Below the pieces are notes generated by a model. That model was not told the origin of the DNA. It did no database searches and saw nothing but the letters and a program-made list of their open reading frames with translations. Source: Candidatus Thorarchaeota archaeon (lineage in GTDB: Archaea; Asgardarchaeota; Thorarchaeia; Thorarchaeales; Thorarchaeaceae). Taken from it: a stretch of DNA of 64,000 nucleotides. The DNA lies in NCBI GenBank assembly GCA_016933575.1, contig JAFGAR010000025.1, positions 31,976 through 95,975 on the forward strand. The letters run 5' to 3'. This document shows, piece after piece, positions 1 to 9,023 of the stretch. Made by a program: the position numbers and the translations under genes. Position 1 is the first letter of the stretch. Each line of letters opens with the position of its first letter.

Positions 1-111
1 AATCGGAACGCACACTCAAATCGTGAGTAACCTCAAGTTATCACCAGATCTGAGAGTTCTCTCAAGGTCGTCGTAGCAGTAACTCATATTCATTAGAATC
101 TAATATTCTCA

Positions 112-849
112 TTATGCCAATACTAGTAGATAAGGAATTATTGAATAACCACTGAATAGGACTCCTGTCACATTCAGGAATAGATGAATAAATCCAACTG
201 GCCACATGCTCCCAGTTCTTCTGTAAAGGAATACATATCCAATTGGCATTATGAATTGAATAATGAAGAATAGTTCAGTAAATAGGAAGACATAGTTACT
301 CCCTAGTAGGAATTTCCCCCAAAATAGTGCATGAATCATTCCAATAAGAGTAATGTATAATGCACCACCAACGAATACCATTATTGACCTTTTTCGACCC
401 TCTTTGTAAAATTCAGCATATGAGTCAAAAGTATAGAGCCAGATCAATTGTTCTGAGAACGCATTTATAGGTGCCCAGATTGCTAAAGTCAGAATCCATC
501 CAAGAGGATCAAGGATTCCTATATGTATGATAGTAAACCATGAGGTAATTACCAACACACCTTGAAGTGCGAAGAGAGAGATGAATAGTGGAGTGAGATA
601 GCTTCTGAATTGTTGTCGTATGTTGCCTCTTTGTATTTTGTAGTCAAGACTTCCTTTACGCCACTTCACAATAAGTATTGCAAAGAGACCGTAATATATC
701 GCCATAGGAATCAATGCACCTGTGATGTCGAAGAGATACCCTGCGATAATGGGCATCAGAATTGCTGCAATTGTAGCTATGATGAGATCTAATTGTTTTG
801 GATGGTAGTTGTCATGAACAAAATCAGAAAGCAATCGCTTCATCTCCAA
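112..849 (-). CDS. Polytopic membrane protein, CPBP (CAAX/Abi) intramembrane protease-like
   Basis: 245-aa ORF that is hydrophobic throughout (about 7 helices). It carries CPBP-like motifs FSEQLIW (degenerate EExxxR), IHALFW (FxxxH-like) and HLFLN (HxxxN). Confidence 0.5.
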   Translation of the reverse strand: MEMKRLLSDFVHDNYHPKQLDLIIATIAAILMPIIAGYLFDITGALIPMAIYYGLFAILIVKWRKGSLDYKIQRGNIRQQFRSYLTPLFISLFALQGVLVITSWFTIIHIGILDPLGWILTLAIWAPINAFSEQLIWLYTFDSYAEFYKEGRKRSIMVFVGGALYITLIGMIHALFWGKFLLGSNYVFLFTELFFIIQFIMPIGYVFLYRRTGSMWPVGFIHLFLNVTGVLFSGYSIIPYLLVLA

Positions 850-1024
850 AGGATAATTAACTATAGTGAATATATAATCCTTGCTATCTGACCAAGTTGG
901 CTAGGCTATTGGTTTTGTTGTTTTACAATAATAACATACGATTTGTCACTAGTCCGAAGATGTGGCAAACGTACACAAAATACTTCATTAGATATGATAG
1001 TATATTCTCTCCAGGGCTGATTGC

Positions 1025-2323
1025 TTGAAACTACAAAGAATTGCTATCTTTTTTTATATAATGATTCTATGTGTAGGGCAATTCAATACTCTCCAATTTA
1101 GTTATCAAACGTCTTTGGAACAATCTACAATGTGGCTTGTCACTACTTATTCTGACAGGAATGAGTTTGACTGTTCAGATACTATAATCATTGAATTTGA
1201 TGAGGATTTTAAAAATCAGGGTTGGTCTGGAAATGGGACGTCTAGTAATCCCTACGTATTAGCTAATGAAATAATAGAAGGAGATCGATGTATCTGGATT
1301 AGAGATACTACCAGTTACTTTAGGGTTGATAACTGCACACTAATTGCAGAGTATCAAGGAATCATTCTCTCAAATGTCACTAATGCAGTCCTGATTGATT
1401 GCGTAATAAACTCAAAGCATACTGGAATTGTAATAGATGACTCATATCTGTGTGAAGTAGTCAATAATAGTATTGAAGTGTATAATTGCGGATTTGCACT
1501 CACTCATTCAAATCAGAGTTATCTGGAAAACAACACGATATCGTGTAAGGTCGGTACAAATTCGTTTCTTCATCGTTGTATTAATACGACCCTTCTTAAT
1601 AATACAATTCTCGGAGGAACTAATGGCGTAACATTTCTATCGTGTAGTAGTTCCAATATCCTGAACAATACAATTGCCAGTACTGAATTCGCACTTCAGC
1701 TTATCGAATCAACATATAATTCAACTATTATTGGTAACCAATTAGGAAGTGTAGAGACTCCCACTGCAATTGATGATGGAATTGGCAATTTGTGGGATGA
1801 TGGAATCTCCCTAGGTAATGCTTGGTTTGACTATCAAGGAATTGGAGATTATCAAATACTTGGTACAGCAAATAACGCAGACCACTTTCCGACTAAATTC
1901 GACCCATCATTTCCAATGGATTTCGAGGGTCCCCTGATTCTTGCTTCTTTGGGCTCTCTCTATATTGATTATTGTAATGAGCTCCCATCTTCATACAGAT
2001 TTACTGCAATTGTGAATGACACATCGGGAGTAGATACGGTCATAATGACTGTTAATGGTATTCCTCACAAAATGACACATCAACCTAGTGAAAGTAAACC
2101 AGACCTATATGTCTATGATCATCCAATGGAGTCCTGGATGGTGTATTCCTACTGGGCAAATGATACAATTGGTCTATCATCAGAGACCCCGGTAGGCCAC
2201 ATTTCTGCTGGTGTTATGTATTGTCCGGAGCAATTTAGTGGATTCGATATAGCATTGCAATTACTTGTTGTTGCAATTGTTAGTGTGATTGCTCTTGTGC
2301 TATTTTGGAAAATCAAAAAATAG
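1025..2323 (+). CDS. Secreted, membrane-anchored parallel beta-helix (PbH1/NosD-like) repeat protein
   Basis: TTG start and an N-terminal hydrophobic signal (IAIFFYIMILCVG). About 22-aa beta-helix-type repeats are rich in NxS/T sequons (NNSIEVYNCG, ENNTISCK, LNNTILGG, LNNTIAST). A C-terminal TM anchor is present (LLVVAIVSVIALVLFW). Confidence 0.65.
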   Translation: MKLQRIAIFFYIMILCVGQFNTLQFSYQTSLEQSTMWLVTTYSDRNEFDCSDTIIIEFDEDFKNQGWSGNGTSSNPYVLANEIIEGDRCIWIRDTTSYFRVDNCTLIAEYQGIILSNVTNAVLIDCVINSKHTGIVIDDSYLCEVVNNSIEVYNCGFALTHSNQSYLENNTISCKVGTNSFLHRCINTTLLNNTILGGTNGVTFLSCSSSNILNNTIASTEFALQLIESTYNSTIIGNQLGSVETPTAIDDGIGNLWDDGISLGNAWFDYQGIGDYQILGTANNADHFPTKFDPSFPMDFEGPLILASLGSLYIDYCNELPSSYRFTAIVNDTSGVDTVIMTVNGIPHKMTHQPSESKPDLYVYDHPMESWMVYSYWANDTIGLSSETPVGHISAGVMYCPEQFSGFDIALQLLVVAIVSVIALVLFWKIKK

Positions 2324-2437
2324 AAACAAGTATGAGAATTCTCTTTGAACCCACTCCCCTCTTAATAGACTTCTAGTAGGAATTATCTGTAACAGAACGA
2401 CTAAATACCAATCATCTCTCTATCTCAGTGTTCAGCG

Positions 2438-4018
2438 ATGACGAAACTTCTGATAACCGATACCACATTAAGAGACGCACATCAGTCCCTCATTGCTACA
2501 AGAATGCGTACAGAGGATATGCTTCCAATCTGTGAGAAGATAGACAAGGTTGGGTACCATTCTCTTGAGATGTGGGGTGGTGCAACCTTTGATTCAATGA
2601 TGCGTTTCTTGGATGAAGATCCCTGGGAACGAGTTGAGATACTCAAGGAAGCTATGCCTAAAACAAAATTTCAGATGCTCTTACGAGGATCTAACATTGT
2701 TGCCTATAGACAATATGCTGATGATGTTCTTGAGGCTTTTGTAACAGAAGCAACAAAAGTTGGTATCGATATATTTCGAATCTTCGATGCGCTCAACGAT
2801 ATACGAAATATGGAAGCTGCTATGAATTTCGTCAAACGTGAAGGTGGACATGTTCAAGCTAGTATTTGTTACACACTCAGTCCATTCCATACAAATGAAA
2901 AATTCGTTGAAATGGCAAGGGAACTCTATGAAAAGGATGCTGATTCAATCTGCATCAAGGACATGGCGGGTCTGATCTCACCTGAAGCTGCCTATGACCT
3001 TGTTAAAAGATTGAAAGAAGAGATCGACATACCCATTCAGTTGCACTCGCATTATACAAGTGGTATGGCTGCGATGGCTTATCTGAAGGCATCAGAGGTA
3101 GGTGTCGATGTTGTAGATTGTGCAATATCAGCATTCTCTATGGCGACATCACAACCAGCAACAGAGTCAATTGTTGAGGCATTGAAGGGTACACCTCGTG
3201 ATACGAAGTTGAGTATCAATCAACTATCCGAGATTGCAAATTACTTCAGAAAGATCCGTCGAAAATATGGCCAGTTTGAGGGGAACCTTCAAGGTGTGGA
3301 TCCTCAAGTGCTTGTCTTTCAGATTCCTGGTGGTATGCTTTCCAATCTTGATAATCAGCTACGAGAGCAAGGCGCACAAGATCGTTACGATGAAGTTCTC
3401 GAAGAGGTACCTCGAGTCCGTGCGGAGTTAGGATATCCTCCCCTCGTTACACCATCGAGTCAAATCGTTGGCACGCAGGCAACACTCAACGTAGTAACTG
3501 GAAAGAGGTATAGTATGATTCCAACTGAGGTAAAGCAATACATTAGAGGCTATTATGGAAGACCTCCAGCAGAGATTGACCCAGAAGTCAAGAAGATGGC
3601 AATTGGTGATGAGGAACCACTTAATCGTCGACCTGCAGACTTACTTGAGTCTGAATTACCAGTCGCTCGTGAAGCTCTGAATGGCATACAACACCTACCA
3701 AGGGATGAGGTATCGTATGCTCTATTTCCACAATATGCCTTGGAGTTCCTTAAGAGAAAGGCTCAGCAAAAAATAGCTGGACAAATGACCCCTGAATTTG
3801 AGGTCGCATTAGCTGCAGCGGTACTACACATGAATGGAGCTGGCGTCGGAGCTATCTCACATACAACAACAAGAGCTCAAACATGGTCCGATGCCGGTGT
3901 TTCTGACCTTATTGAAGGCCGTGTAGTTCAACATACTCCTGGTCAATGGGAACAATCCAGATCATCATGGTCTTCTGCTGGTCGAAAAGATATCATGCGA
4001 AGTAGAAGTCGGGGGTAA
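2438..4018 (+). CDS. Biotin-dependent carboxyltransferase subunit (pyruvate carboxylase B / oxaloacetate decarboxylase alpha / transcarboxylase 5S type) with no fused biotinyl domain
   Basis: Signature N-terminus ITDTTLRDAHQS...LEMWGGATFD, the CIKDMAGL carbamyl-lysine motif and the LHSHYTSG metal site. The 526-aa protein ends in an atypical Trp/Ser/Arg-rich tail. Confidence 0.9.
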   Translation: MTKLLITDTTLRDAHQSLIATRMRTEDMLPICEKIDKVGYHSLEMWGGATFDSMMRFLDEDPWERVEILKEAMPKTKFQMLLRGSNIVAYRQYADDVLEAFVTEATKVGIDIFRIFDALNDIRNMEAAMNFVKREGGHVQASICYTLSPFHTNEKFVEMARELYEKDADSICIKDMAGLISPEAAYDLVKRLKEEIDIPIQLHSHYTSGMAAMAYLKASEVGVDVVDCAISAFSMATSQPATESIVEALKGTPRDTKLSINQLSEIANYFRKIRRKYGQFEGNLQGVDPQVLVFQIPGGMLSNLDNQLREQGAQDRYDEVLEEVPRVRAELGYPPLVTPSSQIVGTQATLNVVTGKRYSMIPTEVKQYIRGYYGRPPAEIDPEVKKMAIGDEEPLNRRPADLLESELPVAREALNGIQHLPRDEVSYALFPQYALEFLKRKAQQKIAGQMTPEFEVALAAAVLHMNGAGVGAISHTTTRAQTWSDAGVSDLIEGRVVQHTPGQWEQSRSSWSSAGRKDIMRSRSRG

Positions 4019-4022
4019 TTAG

Positions 4023-4547
4023 ATGAGTCCGGAGTATAAGGTCATAATCGATGAACGACCCTATAATGTTGAGGTAAATAAACTGGATGAGGGTGGTGTC
4101 TTGGTTGTAAAGGTCGGTGATCAGAGCTTCACGATGAAGGCGATTGTAAACGAAGACGGAACTTGGATCGTCAATGACCTTACTACAGATTATCCCGTGA
4201 AGGTGATAAAACGGGCTGGTCAAAATATCACACTTGAGATTAACGGTCAAGAACGTGAATTGGTCTGGGAACGTCTGAGAAAGGTCGAGACCACAAAGAA
4301 GGTTTCAACGACAAATCAAAGTGGTCCAAAAGTGGCTGGCGGTATCTATGCACCAATGCCCGGAAAAATCACTGAGATTCGTGTAACTGCTGGTGATAAG
4401 ATTAAACCCGGTCAGACAGTATGTATACTTGAAGCAATGAAGATGTTCAATGAGCTAAAAGCTGAAACTGCAGGTACTGTGAAGGAAGTCAATGTTGAAG
4501 TGGGTTCCATGGTGACTCCCTCTGACCTACTGGTTCTCATTGGATGA
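4023..4547 (+). CDS. Biotin carboxyl carrier protein (stand-alone biotinyl domain with N-terminal extension)
   Basis: Biotinylation motif CILEAMKMFNEL near the C-terminus. The N-terminus (YKVIIDERPYNVEVNKL) resembles carrier subunits of decarboxylase or transcarboxylase complexes. The gene starts 4 nt after the carboxyltransferase stop. Confidence 0.9.
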   Translation: MSPEYKVIIDERPYNVEVNKLDEGGVLVVKVGDQSFTMKAIVNEDGTWIVNDLTTDYPVKVIKRAGQNITLEINGQERELVWERLRKVETTKKVSTTNQSGPKVAGGIYAPMPGKITEIRVTAGDKIKPGQTVCILEAMKMFNELKAETAGTVKEVNVEVGSMVTPSDLLVLIG

Positions 4548-4559
4548 GGAGGTAGTACT

Positions 4560-5726
4560 GTGGACCCGGTTAATATTATCGGAGTCGGGATGACAAAATT
4601 TGGTGTTCTAGATGATTCAATACTTGATTTAGCTCAACAAGCTGCTTTTCAAGCAATTGATGACTCATCGACTACCGAGGTTCCCTTTGAATATCTCGCT
4701 GTTGGTGTACAGAATCCCGATGAGTTTGTGGGTCGTGGTCATTTCTCTACACTTCTAGCTGACACCCTCGGCATTGTACCTGCAGGAGCAATCCGTGTTG
4801 AGACAGGGCCATCATCAGGTTCAAGCGCATTCGAATCTGCCTTTGCTCTTATTGCTTCTGGGATGGCTGACTTGGTGCTTGTTGTGGGTGTCGAGAAGAT
4901 GTCTGAAGTGGACCGGGGCGTCGCTTCAAAGATATTAGCGAAGATGATGTCCTACGAGAATGAGACCCGCTATGGTGCTACACCTGCTGCTTTAGCTGCA
5001 ATGATAACCCGCAGATACATGCACGATTATGGACTGACGCGCAATGAACTCTCACTTCTCCCGGTGAAAGCCCATCGAAATGGAGCAAAGAATCCCCTTG
5101 CACATTTCCGGAAGGAAATTACAGTGGAAACAGTCAACAATTCTCGTATTGTTGCTGATCCTCTGACTCTGTTTGATTGTTGCCCGACGAGTGATGGAGC
5201 CGCTTCCATAGTTGTTGCATCAGATAGAATCGTGAAGAAGTATGGGCTCTTAGACAGGACCATCCGCGTAGCTGGCATTGGTCATGGTACCGATTATCTT
5301 GCTGTACAACACAGACTTGCACTGACCTCTATGAATGCAACAGTTACTGCTGCTCAAAGAGCTTTCAAGATGGCAGATGTACAACCCAGAGATGTTGGTG
5401 TCTGTGAACTCCATGATGCATTTTCTATTCTTGAACTAATCGATATGGAAGATGTAGGCCTTGTCGAACGTGGGACAGCAATTGATGCAGTTAAGGCTGG
5501 CAATACTGAGGTTTCTGGAGATATGCCTGTCAACCCGAGTGGCGGTCTTAAAGCTAGAGGTCATCCCACAGGTGCGACTGGAGTTGCACAAATTAGAGAC
5601 ATTGTTTTGCAATTACGAGGAGAAGCTCCTAAAGGACTTCAAGTCGATAATCCTCGTTATGGTCTTACCCAGAACATTGGTGGTTTTGGGAACAATATGG
5701 TAGTGGCAATTTTTTCCAGTCTCTAG
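4560..5726 (+). CDS. Thiolase-fold protein (SCP-x / archaeal thiolase-like) lacking the usual nucleophilic Cys
   Basis: GTG start preceded by GGAGG. Thiolase-family motifs are present: GVGMTKFG, LFDCCPTSDGAAS, NPSGGLKARGHPTGATG and NIGGFG. The expected ACASG loop reads GPSSGS and the expected HDCF reads HDAF. Confidence 0.8.
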   Translation: MDPVNIIGVGMTKFGVLDDSILDLAQQAAFQAIDDSSTTEVPFEYLAVGVQNPDEFVGRGHFSTLLADTLGIVPAGAIRVETGPSSGSSAFESAFALIASGMADLVLVVGVEKMSEVDRGVASKILAKMMSYENETRYGATPAALAAMITRRYMHDYGLTRNELSLLPVKAHRNGAKNPLAHFRKEITVETVNNSRIVADPLTLFDCCPTSDGAASIVVASDRIVKKYGLLDRTIRVAGIGHGTDYLAVQHRLALTSMNATVTAAQRAFKMADVQPRDVGVCELHDAFSILELIDMEDVGLVERGTAIDAVKAGNTEVSGDMPVNPSGGLKARGHPTGATGVAQIRDIVLQLRGEAPKGLQVDNPRYGLTQNIGGFGNNMVVAIFSSL

Positions 5727-5943
5727 CAGAATTATTCATCCAAGATTGTCTTATTAGAAGAGCTCAGTCATTTGATGGCTGACAAGTATAATCTAGAGTA
5801 TTTTCCTAATAGACGACCTACTGACTCTAATGGGACTAGAGTAAGGATGCAAGTATTTGCATCAAGCTATGAAGTAGGGCAAATAACTCTAGATAGTACT
5901 ATTCCAGAGTCACTGGAATACCATTGTTTGGAGAATTGTTGAA

Positions 5944-7110
5944 ATGCCTGAAGGCCTTGCTGTAATGAAATGGGATGATGAGCTGGGACCTGTAGTTGCT
6001 TCTAAAACTCCTAAAGGCCTAAAATTGGGTCTTGATCCTACAACATCAATGCGAGTATACGGAATCGCTACTCTTGGAGAAACTGAGGACTCTCAAAAGC
6101 CTGGATTTAACACGCTCGCCTTTAATGACTTCAAGCTAGCTGTTTATTATGGCGGTCTAAATATGCATTTGAAAGGACTGCCCTCTATGGTCTTTCTCGT
6201 TCTAAATTTGGACGAGGATCCTGACCTGTATAAGGACGCCTTGCCTGAAATAGCAACTCAGATTTTTCTTAATGCTGATGATAATAAATTCAAAGAGATG
6301 GTTCCAAAATTATACAAGCAGATTGCAAGATACACGCAAATGAGTGCAGAACAGCGCCAAGCTTCAGTTCTTAATGATCCTGTTCGTCGAACAATTCTGC
6401 AGACATTAATGAAACGTGGAACACTTCAGTCAGCAGACCTTGAACAAATCATCCTTGATGAGGTCGGTAAGAAAATCGATGTCGATCTAATTCTACGACC
6501 TCTTGTTAACATGGGCATCATCGCGACTGGTTGGGTGGAGGGTCTTTCCTCGGAAGTAGTGTATCTTACACGAGCTCTGTTCATTCTACGGAAGGTTTCT
6601 CTCGACACTGTTCATGCATTTAGAGATAGTAAATTCCCTCCTGAGGTATCTGAGCAGTTTATGGAATCTTCTCGTAAGTATCACCATGAGTATGTGACTA
6701 ATTTTCATACTAGTCTATTTGAAACAATCTGGACAGAAGTTGATTCTCTAGTCAAATACATTCTAGATTTCAACACATATGATATCCTCCAAGTACTTCG
6801 CAAAGGCCCCTTGGGCATCAAGGAACTGAAGGCTGAGGTCAAATTGACAGAGTCTAAGCTCAGAGCTCATTTAGAAATCCTTCAGGATGCTGATATTGTG
6901 ATGCAAATAAGTGATGAGGAGGGTCATGAGTATGCCATACTCAAGTGCGATCCGGAAGTTGTTACGGTGTATCCTGAGTGGCTGATACAAAAAACAGTTG
7001 AACTGTATAATGATGAAGAGATTGCTAGTCGTCAAGCCATCCATTATTTAGAGGTTCTTAAAAAATCACATCCTAGTCTAGCTACTTCAATAGCACTAGA
7101 GGTTGAGTAG
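5944..7110 (+). CDS. Longin-like N-terminal domain plus two winged-helix-like domains (uncharacterised)
   Basis: The N-terminal 130 aa or so show a beta-beta-alpha-beta-beta-beta-alpha hydrophobic pattern. wHTH-like segments lie at about 6361-6589 (RRTILQTLMKRGTLQSADLEQII) and 6772-6945 (YDILQVLRKGPLGIKELKAEV...HEYAILK). Confidence 0.5.
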   Translation: MPEGLAVMKWDDELGPVVASKTPKGLKLGLDPTTSMRVYGIATLGETEDSQKPGFNTLAFNDFKLAVYYGGLNMHLKGLPSMVFLVLNLDEDPDLYKDALPEIATQIFLNADDNKFKEMVPKLYKQIARYTQMSAEQRQASVLNDPVRRTILQTLMKRGTLQSADLEQIILDEVGKKIDVDLILRPLVNMGIIATGWVEGLSSEVVYLTRALFILRKVSLDTVHAFRDSKFPPEVSEQFMESSRKYHHEYVTNFHTSLFETIWTEVDSLVKYILDFNTYDILQVLRKGPLGIKELKAEVKLTESKLRAHLEILQDADIVMQISDEEGHEYAILKCDPEVVTVYPEWLIQKTVELYNDEEIASRQAIHYLEVLKKSHPSLATSIALEVE

Positions 7111-7175
7111 GTTCAGAAACATGACACCATTTAATGTGAGGCACCATATGAATGATTGAAATTTGGTGAGAAACA

Positions 7176-8060
7176 ATGATTCGAGAGATACACATTTTCA
7201 AGGATGGACTGACACTCTTCGAAGATGTCATTGTTCCGAATAAGGATTTGGACACATCTGCTGTTATGGATCTCGTTTCTGCTTCTGCTAGAAAGTTACA
7301 GGAGTGGAAGATAGACAGTATGGAGATTGAACGCTATCGTTTTGTCTACATGAACTCGCATGATACACAATTTATCATCACCATGGACAGACAAGCCTCA
7401 CTCCAGAAGGTTAGCGAAGCTCTGATGAGTCTGGTGTCAAAGTTTATGACAGCTTTTGAAAAAATCCTTGAATCAGAAGAATGGAAGGAGACCGATTTCT
7501 CTCCCTTCAGAATTGGATTTCGAACTATTGTTGGTAGGATTCCGTGCAAAGTCTGTCTTGCTGGTCATGGGGGAACTGGAAAAACGACACTTCTTGAACT
7601 TGCTACATTGCCTTCAAAAGGACCCCCTCAAGAATACATACCTACATTCTTTGGAGATAAAGCGCTACTAAAAGCTGATTTTGATCCTTACATCTTCAGT
7701 ATGTTTGACCTTGGCGGTCAAGATCGATTTGTACAGGAATGGGGAAAGATCATCCGCGCAGGAAGTATGGTTGTTATAGTCACTGATTCTACTGAAGAAA
7801 ACATCGAATGGACAAAACGTGTTGCATATCCTGTTTTAAAGTCTGAATTGCCATATGCACGAGTCATAGCAATCGCGAATAAACAGGATTTGAAAGGAGC
7901 CCTCTCTCCTGAACAAGTCAGTAAGCTTCTAGATGTTCCAGCCTATGGCATGCAAGCGAATAAAGCAGAGTTCAGAGAGCAGTGGTTGAGGTTACTGAAA
8001 GCCCTCGCATTTGAAGAGATTGATTTCAACATTGTAAGTGAGATTATGGATAGTGTATGA
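7176..8060 (+). CDS. Small GTPase, Arf/Sar/SR-beta-like, with N-terminal longin/roadblock-like domain
   Basis: G1 is GHGGTGKTT (about 7563-7589), G3 is DLGGQDRF (about 7707-7730) and G4 is NKQDL (about 7878-7892), followed by an Arf-like segment ALSPEQVSKLLDV. A non-GTPase alpha/beta domain of about 125 aa precedes them. Confidence 0.8.
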   Translation: MIREIHIFKDGLTLFEDVIVPNKDLDTSAVMDLVSASARKLQEWKIDSMEIERYRFVYMNSHDTQFIITMDRQASLQKVSEALMSLVSKFMTAFEKILESEEWKETDFSPFRIGFRTIVGRIPCKVCLAGHGGTGKTTLLELATLPSKGPPQEYIPTFFGDKALLKADFDPYIFSMFDLGGQDRFVQEWGKIIRAGSMVVIVTDSTEENIEWTKRVAYPVLKSELPYARVIAIANKQDLKGALSPEQVSKLLDVPAYGMQANKAEFREQWLRLLKALAFEEIDFNIVSEIMDSV

Positions 8061-8132
8061 GGGCGAATATAATGAGTAGAACGATCAAAAAGACAGACCT
8101 TGATGATGAAAGGGTCATCAAATATTTCATGA

Positions 8133-8525
8133 ATGATTTTGATATACGTAGCTATAATCGGGGGTATCAAAATGGGTTTATTTGATAGATGGCGACGAAA
8201 GAAAGATCGAGAAGTAACTATACGGTTGCAAGAACCTGAAAAGGTTCTGATATCCAATAGCGAAATTGATACAGAGAATACCCATGTACAGTCCGAGAAT
8301 GTAGATTCCTTAGTCCGAGAGTATGAAAGCCTCATAGCCAGAAGAGAAGAGCTTCAAATCGAAAGAAATGAACTTACAGAGCGTCTAGATCGCGGAGAAA
8401 TCGACAATGACGAATTTCGAGAACAACTAATGCTTAGAATTCAAGAAGCCGCAATGGTTTCAGAGAATCTACGAATCACTAGTTCCAAACTTACTTCACT
8501 TGGATACCGTGGTGTGCTACATTAG
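8133..8525 (+). CDS. Small coiled-coil protein with SHOCT-like C-terminal motif
   Basis: The real start is probably the ATG at 8172 (MGLFDRWRRKK), preceded by a GGGG stretch. It has a charged heptad-like region and a GEIDNDEFREQLMLRI motif. Confidence 0.45.
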   Translation: MILIYVAIIGGIKMGLFDRWRRKKDREVTIRLQEPEKVLISNSEIDTENTHVQSENVDSLVREYESLIARREELQIERNELTERLDRGEIDNDEFREQLMLRIQEAAMVSENLRITSSKLTSLGYRGVLH

Positions 8526-8542
8526 GTGAACCACAATGATGA

Positions 8543-8965
8543 ATGAAATTCCATCAAGTCACAAATGTATGGAACCCGAGAATGCAGAATACGACTAAAA
8601 TCATGAATTACGGAGATATCCCTTTGGTAAAAACACTAGATGAAGTGATGTGTTTCCTTGAGAACTATACTTTAGCTTGGCATCATTGGCTGATGGTACT
8701 CTCATTAGTGAAACTGGGTGGCAGTGGCAAGAAGAGTCAGATTTTACCAGTATACAAACAAGAAGGGTTCTCGCCGCATGTGATTGATAAGGTCTTTCAG
8801 ACAGACTTAGAAGATTTAGGTGACGCTATCCAGATTCAAGATGGTATCCTCTCTCTTACAGACAATTCAATAATTACTTTAACAGATGACATACGATTTC
8901 AGAAGTTCTTGAAAAAGCACATCAAATCTGTCATATCAACCTTCAAACAACGAAGGATCAAGTAA
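8543..8965 (+). CDS. Hypothetical protein, last gene of the GTPase cassette
   Basis: 140-aa ORF, co-directional and 17 nt after the previous stop. I recognise no motif, and the start codon is uncertain. Confidence 0.4.
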   Translation: MKFHQVTNVWNPRMQNTTKIMNYGDIPLVKTLDEVMCFLENYTLAWHHWLMVLSLVKLGGSGKKSQILPVYKQEGFSPHVIDKVFQTDLEDLGDAIQIQDGILSLTDNSIITLTDDIRFQKFLKKHIKSVISTFKQRRIK

Positions 8966-9023
8966 TATCCAACTTGCACAACTCTTTTCACAGTCAAAAT
9001 TCCTCCCATGAATTGATGTAGAC

